Shown here piece after piece: positions 34,305 through 44,276 of a stretch of 64,000 bases of DNA. The DNA is taken from IMG/VR virus record IMGVR_UViG_3300027896_000024, positions 1-64,000 of that record; one strand, written 5' to 3'. The first letter of the stretch is position 1, and each line of letters begins with the position of its first letter. Source of the stretch: a virus. The notes under the pieces are model-generated. The model worked only from the letters and a program-made list of their open reading frames with translations, did no database searches and was not told where the DNA came from. A program made the translations under genes and the position numbers.

Positions 34305-35120
34305 ATGCCGAGAGTGTCATGCAAGGGACTATGCGGCCGAGAATTCGATGAACGGTCCGCATTAGCATCTGGTGAGTTACTTATCACTGGTGTTTGTAGA
34401 GGTTGCTATAACAAGTACGCAATGAGTCCGGACGAGTGTTTCGGAAAAGGATTGTCGGATAAAACTGATGACACCTGCAAACATTGCGTCGATTATCATA
34501 TCTGCTCAGGCTGGAATGCCGAGCCGGAAGGAAACAAAATGGCCAAGAAAAAGGTAGTAGAGGAAGAGGAAGAAGAACTCGAAGAAACCGAATCCGAAGA
34601 GGAAGGGGAGGAGGAAGAATTCGAGGAGGTCGAGGAAGAGGGTGGCGAGGAGCCCGAGGAGGAGGAAGAAGAGCCCGAAGAGGAAGAAGAGGAGGAAGAG
34701 GAAGAAGAGGAGGAAGAGGAAGAGCCTCCCAAAAAGACCAAAAAGGGTACGAAGCCTGCTCCAAGTGCCAGCCCGAGCAAGAAAACCGCAGGTAGTACCG
34801 GTAAGGGCACCAAAACCGCACCGGAACCGCCTCCAGCGAAGGGCAAAAAGACCGCTCCACCGCCGGCCAAGGGTGCGAACCCGGCAGCTACCAAACCGGC
34901 ACAGACTCCGTTCCGCGCAGGCTCCGCCAAGGAGAAAGCGTTCCTGCTTCTGAAAAAGGGCGCGACTCAGGCCGAGCTGGTGAAGGAACTGAAGGGAATG
35001 ACCGGTGATCCGTGGGCGTTCGTACAGGCCAAGTTGCTGCGCCGGACGACGGGTGGCGACAAGTCCATGTCCTGGACGATCAAAGAGAAGGAAGGCCGCT
35101 ATCGGTTGATCGTGCAGTAG
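34305..35120 (+). CDS. Cys-rich N-terminus, poly-Glu and Lys/Pro linker, C-terminal DNA-binding-like domain
   Basis: Composition; C-terminal domain paralogous to 24702-25466; possible internal start at 34539 (MAKKK). Confidence 0.6.
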   Translation: MPRVSCKGLCGREFDERSALASGELLITGVCRGCYNKYAMSPDECFGKGLSDKTDDTCKHCVDYHICSGWNAEPEGNKMAKKKVVEEEEEELEETESEEEGEEEEFEEVEEEGGEEPEEEEEEPEEEEEEEEEEEEEEEEPPKKTKKGTKPAPSASPSKKTAGSTGKGTKTAPEPPPAKGKKTAPPPAKGANPAATKPAQTPFRAGSAKEKAFLLLKKGATQAELVKELKGMTGDPWAFVQAKLLRRTTGGDKSMSWTIKEKEGRYRLIVQ

Positions 35121-35145
35121 GGCGGCATTCTCGGGGAACCAACAA

Positions 35146-35180
35146 GGCGGCCCTAAGCAGTTCGGGGCCGCCTCTTTTTT
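35146..35180 (+). terminator. Intrinsic terminator
   Basis: AGGCGGCCC/GGGCCGCCT stem then CTTTTTT. Confidence 0.75.
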
Positions 35181-35191
35181 GTGAGGAATTC

Positions 35192-35770
35192 ATGGACAAG
35201 CATATGGACTTTGGAACCAAGCAGTTTTTGCGTAACTTAATACAGCGCGGAGTTGTCCGGAAGGATGATCCAAATATCACAGATACACCAGGAAGAGTCA
35301 GTCGATGGGCGGACTCTTTTTTTATGTCTCAAAAGGACATGGCAAAACATATAGCCGAAATCCTGCAGGCTAGATTCCCCAGTAAAGCGGATGAAATGGT
35401 GGTTGTTACGGGAGTTACGGTCTATACTATTTGTCCGCATCACTTGTTACCTGTGGAAATGAAAGTGTCGATTGGCTATTTACCACAGGGCTATGTTATT
35501 GGACTTTCCAAGTTGGCTAGGATTGCCAAGACTTATGCGAGACGTCCTGTTATTCAAGAGGACTACACGCAACAAGTATCCAGGGCTGTCGAGGCCGGTT
35601 TATCTCCGGATGCAGGAGTGTATGTCATTGGAAAACACTATTGCATGGTGATGCGGGGTGTTGAGGAACCGGAATCTAAAACGGTAACCTGTGCGTTACT
35701 TGGCAAGTTCAAGAATGAAGCTCCGCGGGCTGAGTTCTTATCGCTTATGAATCATTCGCACAACGTATAA
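35192..35770 (+). CDS. folE: GTP cyclohydrolase I
   Basis: DTPGRV, CPHHLLP, IGLSKLAR, QEDYT, HYCMVMRGV. Confidence 0.93.
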   Translation: MDKHMDFGTKQFLRNLIQRGVVRKDDPNITDTPGRVSRWADSFFMSQKDMAKHIAEILQARFPSKADEMVVVTGVTVYTICPHHLLPVEMKVSIGYLPQGYVIGLSKLARIAKTYARRPVIQEDYTQQVSRAVEAGLSPDAGVYVIGKHYCMVMRGVEEPESKTVTCALLGKFKNEAPRAEFLSLMNHSHNV

Positions 35771-35773
35771 CAC

Positions 35774-35962
35774 ATGAAAAAGAAACTCGTCAGAAAGCCT
35801 CCGAGGCAGGAGCTAACAAAGTTCGAGTTTCAGTGTCCCAAGTGCAAGCGGATACAACACAGGAGCGTTTGGTCGATCGCACATTATAATATTGAGCAGT
35901 TGTTTACTTGCGAATGCGGCCACAGGTTTTTATTACCGCCAATGAGGATACGCAGGCGATGA
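35774..35962 (+). CDS. Small zinc-ribbon protein
   Basis: CPKC...CECG. Confidence 0.55.
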   Translation: MKKKLVRKPPRQELTKFEFQCPKCKRIQHRSVWSIAHYNIEQLFTCECGHRFLLPPMRIRRR

Positions 35963-36876
35963 TTATCTATTTTGCAGGATTCTATACTTCGGGATGGGGA
36001 CGCAGAAGGGATTTGATTCCCAAGAAGTTCTCGACCCTGGAGTCGTATTGGTATTTAAAGACCCGTAGGAAAAGGGCAGGCGTAGTCACCGTGAAGGAAG
36101 CCAGATGTGAGGAGATTCAGAATTTCTTTCTGGACTCTGGGGCGTACACGGCACATAGCAAGGGCATCACAATAACTCTGGACGAGTACATCAAGTACGT
36201 ACACGCTAACAAAAAGTATACGACTGTGTACTGCGTACTGGATAGTATCGGGAATGCCAAGGAGACTTGGGATGCTCAGAAAGAGATGGAGAAACAGGGG
36301 CTGAATCCTTTGCCCGTATTTCACTCGGCAGAGGATGTAAAATACCTGAAGCGATATGTGGATAATTACGAGTACGTCGGAATAGGTGGTGCAGCCGGCT
36401 CCGCCAAGTGGTCTCGGGAATATTACTTCGACAGGATCCGCAGCGTATTACTTGGGCCAGGTGGAGTGCCCCGCATTCGTATTCACGGATTTGGTATTAC
36501 CGAGCCACAGTACATGCTCATGTTTCCTTGGTACTCGGTGGATTCCACAAGCTGGGTGTTGCAAGCGGCGTACGGTGCGATATATGTACTATTGGGAAAG
36601 AAGTGGCACGTACTTCCGACTTCGCCTCGATATTCAAATGCCAACAAACCGGGTGCGTTTCATTGGAATCATATCTCAAAAGAGGAAAAGGATGTAATCC
36701 GGCAGAAAATGGTGGAGTATAGCCGGAATACAAACAACGGCAAGTTCACTGAAAAGGACTTATGCAATGATGGGTATGCCCGTCAGAGTTGGAACATGCA
36801 TTGTTTCATGGACCTGGTTGGGAGATACGAGGAGTTAAAAAAGCTGGTACTTACAGCACAGGAGTTCTTTGTATGA
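35959..36876 (+). CDS. dpdA: DpdA-like (TGT-fold) DNA 7-deazaguanine transglycosylase
   Basis: FLDSGAYT, LPVFH, IGG, IHGFG, SVDSTSW; clustered with folE/queD/queE. Confidence 0.8.
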   Translation: MIIYFAGFYTSGWGRRRDLIPKKFSTLESYWYLKTRRKRAGVVTVKEARCEEIQNFFLDSGAYTAHSKGITITLDEYIKYVHANKKYTTVYCVLDSIGNAKETWDAQKEMEKQGLNPLPVFHSAEDVKYLKRYVDNYEYVGIGGAAGSAKWSREYYFDRIRSVLLGPGGVPRIRIHGFGITEPQYMLMFPWYSVDSTSWVLQAAYGAIYVLLGKKWHVLPTSPRYSNANKPGAFHWNHISKEEKDVIRQKMVEYSRNTNNGKFTEKDLCNDGYARQSWNMHCFMDLVGRYEELKKLVLTAQEFFV

Positions 36877-37958
36877 TTGTGAAATTATCGGACTTTTTGG
36901 CAGCTATGAAATATGCCTGGCGGGCAGTGTCGCCAGGCGATTTTGTTTCGAACTTCCGGTTTATAAGTTTTGAGTCATTTGCAGGGTTAAAGATCCTGCG
37001 GCTCCGGGCTTTCAATGGCACGTTGGGTGTAGAGGTGGATGTTCCTACCAGAAACCCGGATGCGTTCAAGCCATTTGTGGTGGATGCGGATAGACTGATG
37101 CGTTATCTGCAGAGCTTCGACGCTGCGGACTCGAGGGCCGTCGAGCTTACACTGGAAAAGTCCCGTTGTGTATTCAGCTTTCAGAAAGCCGGCAAGATAG
37201 CGTTAACACCGGCCCAGTTGAAGACCCCGTTTTGGAAAGCTCCCGACGAGCAGGGTGTTGACTGGTGTTTGACAATGGACAAGAAATTCAGGGAGTCCTG
37301 CAAACTGGTGTTATCTATAGCGGGATTGGACACGGCCCGACTTGTTACGCAGGGTATATTTATGGAAGGATCCAGGTTGCACGTAACATCCGGGGCCGCA
37401 ATCGGGGAATCCACGGCCAAAGCAAAGTTCTCAAAGCCCATGGCAATGGTGTACGATTTCGTTCGTATCCTGGTTGAGATAGGGACGGATATTGAGGTGG
37501 GAACCGGCAAGAATTTTGTAGTAGCTAAAACAGGGACTGTCAAGTTTGTCCAGTCTTTGTTTCGGTGTCCGGCACCTGACTTCGATTCCATGTTGAAGAA
37601 CTATCGGAAACCGCAAGCAGCGGTTACAGTGAACCTGAAGGAGTTCGTCGAGAAGTTCCGTCGTATTGGTAATATGACCGATCAACAAAACCGGGGAGTA
37701 AAGCTGGTATTCAAGGCCGGTATGTTGCGCTTCGGATTTGAGGATAGTGAAGTGCATGTACGTGAAGCAATTACGTACAAAGGAAACTACGATGGCGAGA
37801 TTCTGTTAAATTTCGCGTATATCAAAGGGTATCTCGATGAGCTTGTGGCCCGTCCTTTAAAGCAGTTACAGTTAGGATTTATCGGGGCCGGCAAAGGTCT
37901 TGTATTCAGGATAGCTGAGCCGTTTGTACTTGTCCTGCTTCCGATGGTGAAATTATGA
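36873..37958 (+). CDS. DNA sliding clamp (DnaN/beta-like)
   Basis: About 361 aa; C-terminal 'ILLNFAYI...VLLPMV' like beta clamps; next to the polymerase; DnaX-like gene present. Confidence 0.7.
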   Translation: MIVKLSDFLAAMKYAWRAVSPGDFVSNFRFISFESFAGLKILRLRAFNGTLGVEVDVPTRNPDAFKPFVVDADRLMRYLQSFDAADSRAVELTLEKSRCVFSFQKAGKIALTPAQLKTPFWKAPDEQGVDWCLTMDKKFRESCKLVLSIAGLDTARLVTQGIFMEGSRLHVTSGAAIGESTAKAKFSKPMAMVYDFVRILVEIGTDIEVGTGKNFVVAKTGTVKFVQSLFRCPAPDFDSMLKNYRKPQAAVTVNLKEFVEKFRRIGNMTDQQNRGVKLVFKAGMLRFGFEDSEVHVREAITYKGNYDGEILLNFAYIKGYLDELVARPLKQLQLGFIGAGKGLVFRIAEPFVLVLLPMVKL

Positions 37959-40441
37959 AACCGGATCCACAGCAGTTGGAATTTATAGAGAACCCGACGG
38001 TCAGGAAGGTACCACGATCGTCGGGGAAAACCAAAAAACCAAAGCCATTGTTGGGATGTGACGATTGCCCTCTGAACTACCGGTTGGAGTATCGAGTGCC
38101 GGGTGATGGGGATGTCAATTCGGATATATGGTTTGTAGGGGAAGGTCCCGGATTAAAAGAGGCACAAAGTCATCATCCGTTTGTGGGCGATTCCGGGGAT
38201 CTGCTATGGGAGGAAGCAAGAAAGTTTGGTATTACCAGGGACATGGTAGCTGTGCGAAATGCGGTACAGTGTTGGCCGCCAGGAAACAGGACGCCAACGT
38301 CATTGGAAGTGAAGCATTGCATCGGATACCTGGAAGAGGAACTGCGTAAGTATAGACCCAAAGTAGTTATCACTCTGGGAGCTACAGCCTTACAGGCATT
38401 GATGGGTAAGAAGTACAAGATCACGGAATGTCATGGTCAGGAATTAATACGGGAAGATGGTATCAAAGTAGTACCTATATTTCATCCGTCATTTTTACTA
38501 TGTAATGGAAAAGATCCTGATTTGATGAAGGTATGGCGAATCGGGATGCTACGTGGAATCAACGCTGCAAAGTCTGCGGGCCGTACGTCAATACTGGAGT
38601 CTGCCGGATTCAAGTGGACGATATTAAAGGCAAGTCGTTTTGCGGAATATCTCCGGTTTGTTATGCCTCGCTGGGCGGCTTGGGATATTGAAACACACGG
38701 CAAGGACGGGGAGCCGTTTCTTATTTCAAGTGCATGGGGAAAGAACAGAGGAATCGTTTCCGACTGGGATGAAGTGAAGCATCTGTTAGTCGAGTACATG
38801 GAGAGTAGCGCCAAGAAAGTGTGGCAGAACGGATGCGGATTTGATATACCACGAATCGAGAGGGATTTAGGTGGAATCCGAATGGGTGGTTACGACTGGG
38901 ACACGTTTGTGGCCGGCGTAACTATCGACTCTCGTAGGGGTAGAAATAATCTGACTCGTTTAACTGAATGGGCAGCTCCTGAAATAGCAGGGTATGACGG
39001 CGAACTAGAGCGATACGTAAAAAAGAACAAAGTACAGGATTATGCGGATATTCCCCGGGAAATCATTCTGCCGTACTCTGCGGGTGATGCGATATCAACA
39101 GGAATTGTCAAGATCAAGCAGGAGCCTTTGGCTAGCCGTCCTCTGGTAGAGTTCTATATGGAACTGGTGCGGGATGTTTTGTATCCTATGGAGAAGCGGG
39201 GTATTCGCACCGATGTAAAGTTTTTGGATACCATGATCGCGCACTATACAAAGGAGAATGAGAAGATAATCGGACGATTAAAGGCAATGTCAGGGGAGCC
39301 CGACTTCAATCCTGGTTCGAACGAGCAGATGTCTTGGTTTCTGTTCGATCACTTGGAATTGCCCCAAACTGGTGTTAAGCTATCACCTAAAACGAACTTG
39401 CCATCGGTGGACAAGAATACGATGGCATTACTCAAGGGCAAGCATCCTGCGGTAGCGTTGACAACACAGTTGCGGTCGAACGATAAATCACTCAAGACCT
39501 ACGGAATTCGTATTCGTAAAAATCTTGTGAATACGGATCGTTTCCGCGTGAAGTATTGGATAGGTGGTGCGGACAAGGAGGACAAGGACAGAGGGGCGGA
39601 GACGGGTCGTCTATCATCGCCTTTGCAGAATATTCCCCGTGTGAACAAGGACAATCCTAGGGCCTATGAGCCGGCAGATATATTCATTCCGGATCCGGGG
39701 TATGTATTCTTGGTGCCGGATTACTCTCAGGCTGAGTTACGCGTAGCGGCATTGTTATCTCAAGACGAACAAATGATTGAGGACTTCCAAAATAATATTG
39801 ATGCGCATACCGCTGTATGCTGGAACTATTTGGGAGTGCCGAGAGGAACAAAGCCGAACAAGGAAACCAGGGTCCGGGCGAAGGTGATTAACTTTTCCAA
39901 GATATTTGGAGCTTCTGCTAACGGGCTTGCTAGGAACCTGGGATGTTCGGTGGAAGAGGCACTTAAGCTGTTGTATAACGACATGAAAAAGTACCCGGGT
40001 TATTGGGCATGGCGGAAAGCACAGATCATCCGGGTATGGAAGAAACGTTATGCGATGACGTTGTTCGGATTCAAACGGCCTATCGAAATTCCGGACGAGC
40101 GATTTTATTACGATCCGTTGTCATTACAACACTGGCAGCGGCAAGCCTTGAATACACCGGTCCAGGGTACAGCTAGTCAGTTCCTGTTACTCGGAATGGT
40201 TATCATCAAAAGGTTGAATCTAAAGTCTGGTGAGATGCTGATGAACATTCACGACTCGGCACCTATGCAAGTGAAGATAGGTAAAGAACAGAAAATCGGT
40301 AAAATAGTCAAGTGGGCATTGGAAGTTGCGATTGTGGACGAGGTTCGCAAACGGTTTAATAAGGACATATCACAGGTGCCCTGGACGGTGGAAATATCAA
40401 CAGGGCCTAGGTTGTCCAAGCTACAAGAAATCGCCGTATAA
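37955..40441 (+). CDS. Family A DNA polymerase with N-terminal family-4 uracil-DNA-glycosylase domain and 3'-5' exonuclease
   Basis: UDG: CDDC, VGEGPG, PFVG, CWPPGNRTP, HPSF. Exonuclease: DIET. Polymerase: TGRLSS, DYSQAELR, RVRAKVINF, NTPVQG, IHDS. Confidence 0.93.
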   Translation: MKPDPQQLEFIENPTVRKVPRSSGKTKKPKPLLGCDDCPLNYRLEYRVPGDGDVNSDIWFVGEGPGLKEAQSHHPFVGDSGDLLWEEARKFGITRDMVAVRNAVQCWPPGNRTPTSLEVKHCIGYLEEELRKYRPKVVITLGATALQALMGKKYKITECHGQELIREDGIKVVPIFHPSFLLCNGKDPDLMKVWRIGMLRGINAAKSAGRTSILESAGFKWTILKASRFAEYLRFVMPRWAAWDIETHGKDGEPFLISSAWGKNRGIVSDWDEVKHLLVEYMESSAKKVWQNGCGFDIPRIERDLGGIRMGGYDWDTFVAGVTIDSRRGRNNLTRLTEWAAPEIAGYDGELERYVKKNKVQDYADIPREIILPYSAGDAISTGIVKIKQEPLASRPLVEFYMELVRDVLYPMEKRGIRTDVKFLDTMIAHYTKENEKIIGRLKAMSGEPDFNPGSNEQMSWFLFDHLELPQTGVKLSPKTNLPSVDKNTMALLKGKHPAVALTTQLRSNDKSLKTYGIRIRKNLVNTDRFRVKYWIGGADKEDKDRGAETGRLSSPLQNIPRVNKDNPRAYEPADIFIPDPGYVFLVPDYSQAELRVAALLSQDEQMIEDFQNNIDAHTAVCWNYLGVPRGTKPNKETRVRAKVINFSKIFGASANGLARNLGCSVEEALKLLYNDMKKYPGYWAWRKAQIIRVWKKRYAMTLFGFKRPIEIPDERFYYDPLSLQHWQRQALNTPVQGTASQFLLLGMVIIKRLNLKSGEMLMNIHDSAPMQVKIGKEQKIGKIVKWALEVAIVDEVRKRFNKDISQVPWTVEISTGPRLSKLQEIAV

Positions 40442-40486
40442 TATTCAGAAGTCGTATTACTTATTCCACTGAAAAGAGAGGGGTAT

Positions 40487-40972
40487 ATGGCACAGAAGTT
40501 GGACAAGGCGACGTTTATGCAACAGGTCAAGATAAACCTTGCGGACTTGACAGTAGACATGTCGGAGCAAGCGGCCCTGTTCGCCAATTATGCAACGATG
40601 AAAGTTATCGCAGAGGACGAGGAGGCCCGTAGGAAGCTGGAGCGGGAAGCAATGGAGTACCAGCTCGACGAGAAGTTACGTAAAACACTATCGGACCCGA
40701 CCGAAAAGAAAATTACGGCGGCTATCAAACGTAATCCGGCATATGTCAAGGCCGACATTGCGTACCTGGACGCGAAGCATGTAACGTCCATGCTTTCGGT
40801 GGCTGTCGAGGCATTTGAAATGCGCGCCAGGATGTTGTCGTCGATTGGCGCATTGACAAGATCGGAAATGGAACAGCAGTACATGGGAACACCGGCGGGA
40901 AACCGGATGGCGTCCCAAGCTGAGAAGTTAGCCGATCGAGTGAAACGGAAATTACATGGTAACCAGCCGTGA
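40487..40972 (+). CDS. UvsY-like recombination mediator
   Basis: Helical, 'TEKKITAAI...Y...AVEAFEMRARML' pattern; upstream of SSB and RecA. Confidence 0.6.
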   Translation: MAQKLDKATFMQQVKINLADLTVDMSEQAALFANYATMKVIAEDEEARRKLEREAMEYQLDEKLRKTLSDPTEKKITAAIKRNPAYVKADIAYLDAKHVTSMLSVAVEAFEMRARMLSSIGALTRSEMEQQYMGTPAGNRMASQAEKLADRVKRKLHGNQP

Positions 40973-41100
40973 GTTATTTCAGGTGTTAGTACTTATCGTA
41001 GTCGTGCAAGCGGTCTTGCTCACTTTGCAATCATGGTGGTTGTCAAAGCGGATAGCAGAAGGCGTGGCACGATTCTTTATGAATCTAGCGAAAGGAGAGT

Positions 41101-42327
41101 ATGACGGAGAGCTTGAAGGACAAAATCAAGAAGGCCAAGGAAAAGGCCGCCGCCGATCAGAAGAGTAAAGGTGGTGGCGACCTGAATCGTTGGAAGCCAG
41201 GTGCCGGGGAGGATCATTTGTTCCGGATCCTACCACGATTGGACGCCCCGGAGCCCTGGGTGATGGGGGATGTGCATTACATCGACACTGGTGACGGCAC
41301 GGCGATGCTGGGATGCGGTAGCGAGGAGTGCTATTCCTGCAACGAAAAGATCAAGCCACTTTCGGAGTCTGGTTCTAAAGAGGATCAGAAGCGGGCTCGG
41401 CGTTCCCGTAAGCAAACCAAGATCATGTTGGGCGTCGTCGATTGGCGGGATCGCAAGAAAGGTCCGCTGGTGTGGGAACCGAAGAACACTCAGTCCTGTT
41501 CGCAGTGGCTGAACATTCTCGGACTTATCGACAACGCCGACTTCGGGCCGGATATTTATAAGGCCAAAGAGGGTCGGTTGATTACGATGTCGATGACGTC
41601 GGCGAAAAAGAAAATCGAGGGGAAGCCGCAGGATGTGTTGTCGCTCCGGACGATGCAGTGCGGTACAAAACCCTGTCCCGTAGTAATCGGAAAAACCAAG
41701 TCTGGCTTTGCCATCCAGTTAACGCTGAAGGACGGCGCGAAGAAGGTGTTTCCGCTTATGGATCTGTCGGCTTTACTCCCGGACTACGACGAGAACGCGC
41801 ACCGTGCAGCCTGGGGCGAGGAAGTGATCGAAGAGGAAGTCGAGGAAGTGGAAGATGAAGAAGCTTCCGACGACGACTTCGAAGATCTGACTGCTGATGA
41901 AAAACCGGCCAAGAAAAAGAAGAAGGCCAAACCGGTCGAGGAGGAAGAAGAGGAGGAGACCGAAGAGGAAGAGGAGGAGGAACCGGCCCCGCCCAAGAAA
42001 AAGAAGAAGCGTCCTGCTCCCGTTGAGGAAGAGGAGGAAGAAGAGCAGGAAGAATTCGAGGAGGAAGAAGAAGAGGAACCGGCGCCTCCGAAGAAGAAGA
42101 AAAAGAAACCTGCTCCTGTCGAGGAGGAAGAGGAAGAAGAAGAACTCGAAGAGGAGGAGGAAGAGGAGGAAGAGCCGGAGCCTCCAAAGAAGAAAAAGAA
42201 GAAACCGGTACCGCCTCCGGAAGAGGAAGAGGAGGAAGAGCTGGAGGAGGATTTCGAGTTCACCGAAGAGGACGAGGAAGAGCCTCCGAAAAAGGTCAAG
42301 AAACCTATCAAGAAAGGAACCAAGTAA
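41101..42327 (+). CDS. Single-stranded DNA-binding protein (gp32-like) with long charged tail
   Basis: FRILP, HY, C..EC..C zinc-site pattern; position between UvsY-like and RecA genes. Confidence 0.7.
   Translation: MTESLKDKIKKAKEKAAADQKSKGGGDLNRWKPGAGEDHLFRILPRLDAPEPWVMGDVHYIDTGDGTAMLGCGSEECYSCNEKIKPLSESGSKEDQKRARRSRKQTKIMLGVVDWRDRKKGPLVWEPKNTQSCSQWLNILGLIDNADFGPDIYKAKEGRLITMSMTSAKKKIEGKPQDVLSLRTMQCGTKPCPVVIGKTKSGFAIQLTLKDGAKKVFPLMDLSALLPDYDENAHRAAWGEEVIEEEVEEVEDEEASDDDFEDLTADEKPAKKKKKAKPVEEEEEEETEEEEEEEPAPPKKKKKRPAPVEEEEEEEQEEFEEEEEEEPAPPKKKKKKPAPVEEEEEEEELEEEEEEEEEPEPPKKKKKKPVPPPEEEEEEELEEDFEFTEEDEEEPPKKVKKPIKKGTK
41818..42320 (+). repeat. Coding tandem repeat of alternating poly-Glu and poly-Lys blocks
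   Basis: About 4 units of EEEE...PAPPKKKKKKPAPV. Confidence 0.85.
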
Positions 42328-43212
42328 ATGAAGCCCACGGGATCGCCCAAGAAGTTGTATCCGGATATCAGTCGCCTGGTAGGTGAAGTCCAGAAAGTAT
42401 TTGGTGGGGACGTCGCTACATCTGGGGCGGAAGGATTCATGATTTCCAACGTAGCGAACTGGATCGATGCCGGTCCGTTACTGAATCCTATCTTGGGCGA
42501 TCCTTTGCGGGGTTTGCCATGCGGATTTTTTACTGAAGTAGCCGGCCCCGAAAGTTCGGGCAAGACTACACTGGGTTATTATCTGTTAGGACAAGCACAA
42601 AAAGCCGGTTGCATTTCTATTCTGGCGGATGTCGAAGTATCTTATGATGCGAAGTGGGCAAGACTACAGGGCGTAAACTCAAAGCAGCTTATCAGGATCG
42701 CATCATCCTATGTGAATGCAAAGGGGAAGTTCAAAGTGGACGACCTCGACGAGGAGTTTTCAAAGTGGGAGTTTATCGCTAAGAAATCGTGGCGTATGTT
42801 TCATCGGCCCCAGTTATTGCTGGTGGATTCAATGGCTGCGCTTATTCCCCATGAGGAATTGGTAGGAGACTTTGGGGACCGCAATGTGGCTCCGGTGGCT
42901 CGGGCACTATCCAAGAATTTCCGGAAGTTTCACAAGGTATTGCTGGAGACTAAGACGCATTGCATATTTATCAATCAGATGCGTTCTAAGATAGGCGTTA
43001 TGTTTGGGGCAAAGGAACAAACGTCAGGAGGTCGGGCTAAGAATTTCTACTTTTTTGTGAGGGTGGAAGTATCCAAGAAAAAAACACTCAAGAACAAGAA
43101 GATTGGGCCGTTCGCTATTTTGTCAAAGGTGCGGAATACCAAGAACAAGTTGGCGCCTCCGTTTCGTACGGCGGATTTCCGGATATCATTTACTAAGGGA
43201 ATTCAGGTATGA
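42328..43212 (+). CDS. recA: RecA/UvsX recombinase
   Basis: EVAGPESSGKTT, VDSMAALIP, IFINQMR, KNKLAPPFR. Confidence 0.92.
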   Translation: MKPTGSPKKLYPDISRLVGEVQKVFGGDVATSGAEGFMISNVANWIDAGPLLNPILGDPLRGLPCGFFTEVAGPESSGKTTLGYYLLGQAQKAGCISILADVEVSYDAKWARLQGVNSKQLIRIASSYVNAKGKFKVDDLDEEFSKWEFIAKKSWRMFHRPQLLLVDSMAALIPHEELVGDFGDRNVAPVARALSKNFRKFHKVLLETKTHCIFINQMRSKIGVMFGAKEQTSGGRAKNFYFFVRVEVSKKKTLKNKKIGPFAILSKVRNTKNKLAPPFRTADFRISFTKGIQV

Positions 43213-44276
43213 TATTTTTAACGAGTGATTGGCATGTTCATAACTATCCTCAGTTCAGTAAGCCTTGGTCGCCCGGACTAAACACCCGGGCGCGCGACAT
43301 TTATGAGATAGTCGGAAAAAAGATACCTGAGTTGTTACTGCAAAAGTATCAGCCCAAGGTGTTAGCATATCTCGGCGACTTCAATTTCTTCGCTTCCAAT
43401 GACTACCGTTTAGAGAACCTGACTCGGCGGGCAATCAACAAGTGCGCATCCACAGTCAAATGTACCGTCGTATGTTCTGGTAATCACGACACAGTAGGAA
43501 CGGACTCTGCGGATCATAACGGCCGATTGTATCTGCCTCATGCAAACTGGGCACCGTTTGTTTATAGGGAGTTCCAGTCGCAGACTAGCTGTTTGTTCTA
43601 TCCTATTGGATACAATCATCCGATGCCAACGGCGAAGGATCTGCTCCTGGTCGGGGCAGCCAAAGTGGATCATGTAATCGTGCTCATGCACAAGAACATC
43701 GAGCATGGGATAGCATCGTCGGGATTCATTTACAGCAGCGCGAAGGAAGTGAAGATACGGAATCTGTTAGAGATCAAGAAGGAGATCCCGTCTATTATGT
43801 ACTTCGGTGGGCATTACCACGATCACCAGATAATCCGTAAGTTGGTATGTATCGTGGGAGCACCCGTTCAACACCGGCGTAGTGACGAGAACTTGAATCG
43901 AGGTGTTGTGCTATTCAATCCTGAGGACAAGTCAATCAGGAAAATAACTCTGAAAACTGGCCCGCAGTTTATCTCGACCGATGTGGATCATTTGGAAGCC
44001 TATAGTAAGTCGCCGCAGAATCATTACATCACAGTCAAAGTGGTGGACGAGGTACAGAAGCGGACTGCTTTCGAATGGATTCGGGATACCAAGGTAAACG
44101 CCAAAGTAAAAGAACTGGACCACGACGAGTTGGTCGCCGGCGGATTTGAAGAAGAGGAGGAAGAGGTCAAAGAAGTATCGGATGCAGAATTACTCGATAC
44201 CTGGTTGCAGATGAAGGCACCGGATCTGACTTTGAGGCAGCGGGGCGAACTCGTGAAAGTGGCGGAGGCATTATGA
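43209..44276 (+). CDS. Mre11/SbcD-like nuclease
   Basis: SDWH, LGDF, GNHD, GGHYH metallophosphoesterase motifs. Confidence 0.85.
   Translation: MIFLTSDWHVHNYPQFSKPWSPGLNTRARDIYEIVGKKIPELLLQKYQPKVLAYLGDFNFFASNDYRLENLTRRAINKCASTVKCTVVCSGNHDTVGTDSADHNGRLYLPHANWAPFVYREFQSQTSCLFYPIGYNHPMPTAKDLLLVGAAKVDHVIVLMHKNIEHGIASSGFIYSSAKEVKIRNLLEIKKEIPSIMYFGGHYHDHQIIRKLVCIVGAPVQHRRSDENLNRGVVLFNPEDKSIRKITLKTGPQFISTDVDHLEAYSKSPQNHYITVKVVDEVQKRTAFEWIRDTKVNAKVKELDHDELVAGGFEEEEEEVKEVSDAELLDTWLQMKAPDLTLRQRGELVKVAEAL

Noticed and set aside
41784-42563. Long antisense or alternative-frame ORFs over the poly-Glu/Lys regions (also 34384-34953, 61734-62588, 10157-10882)
   Set aside because: Shadow ORFs of low-complexity or strongly coding + strand genes
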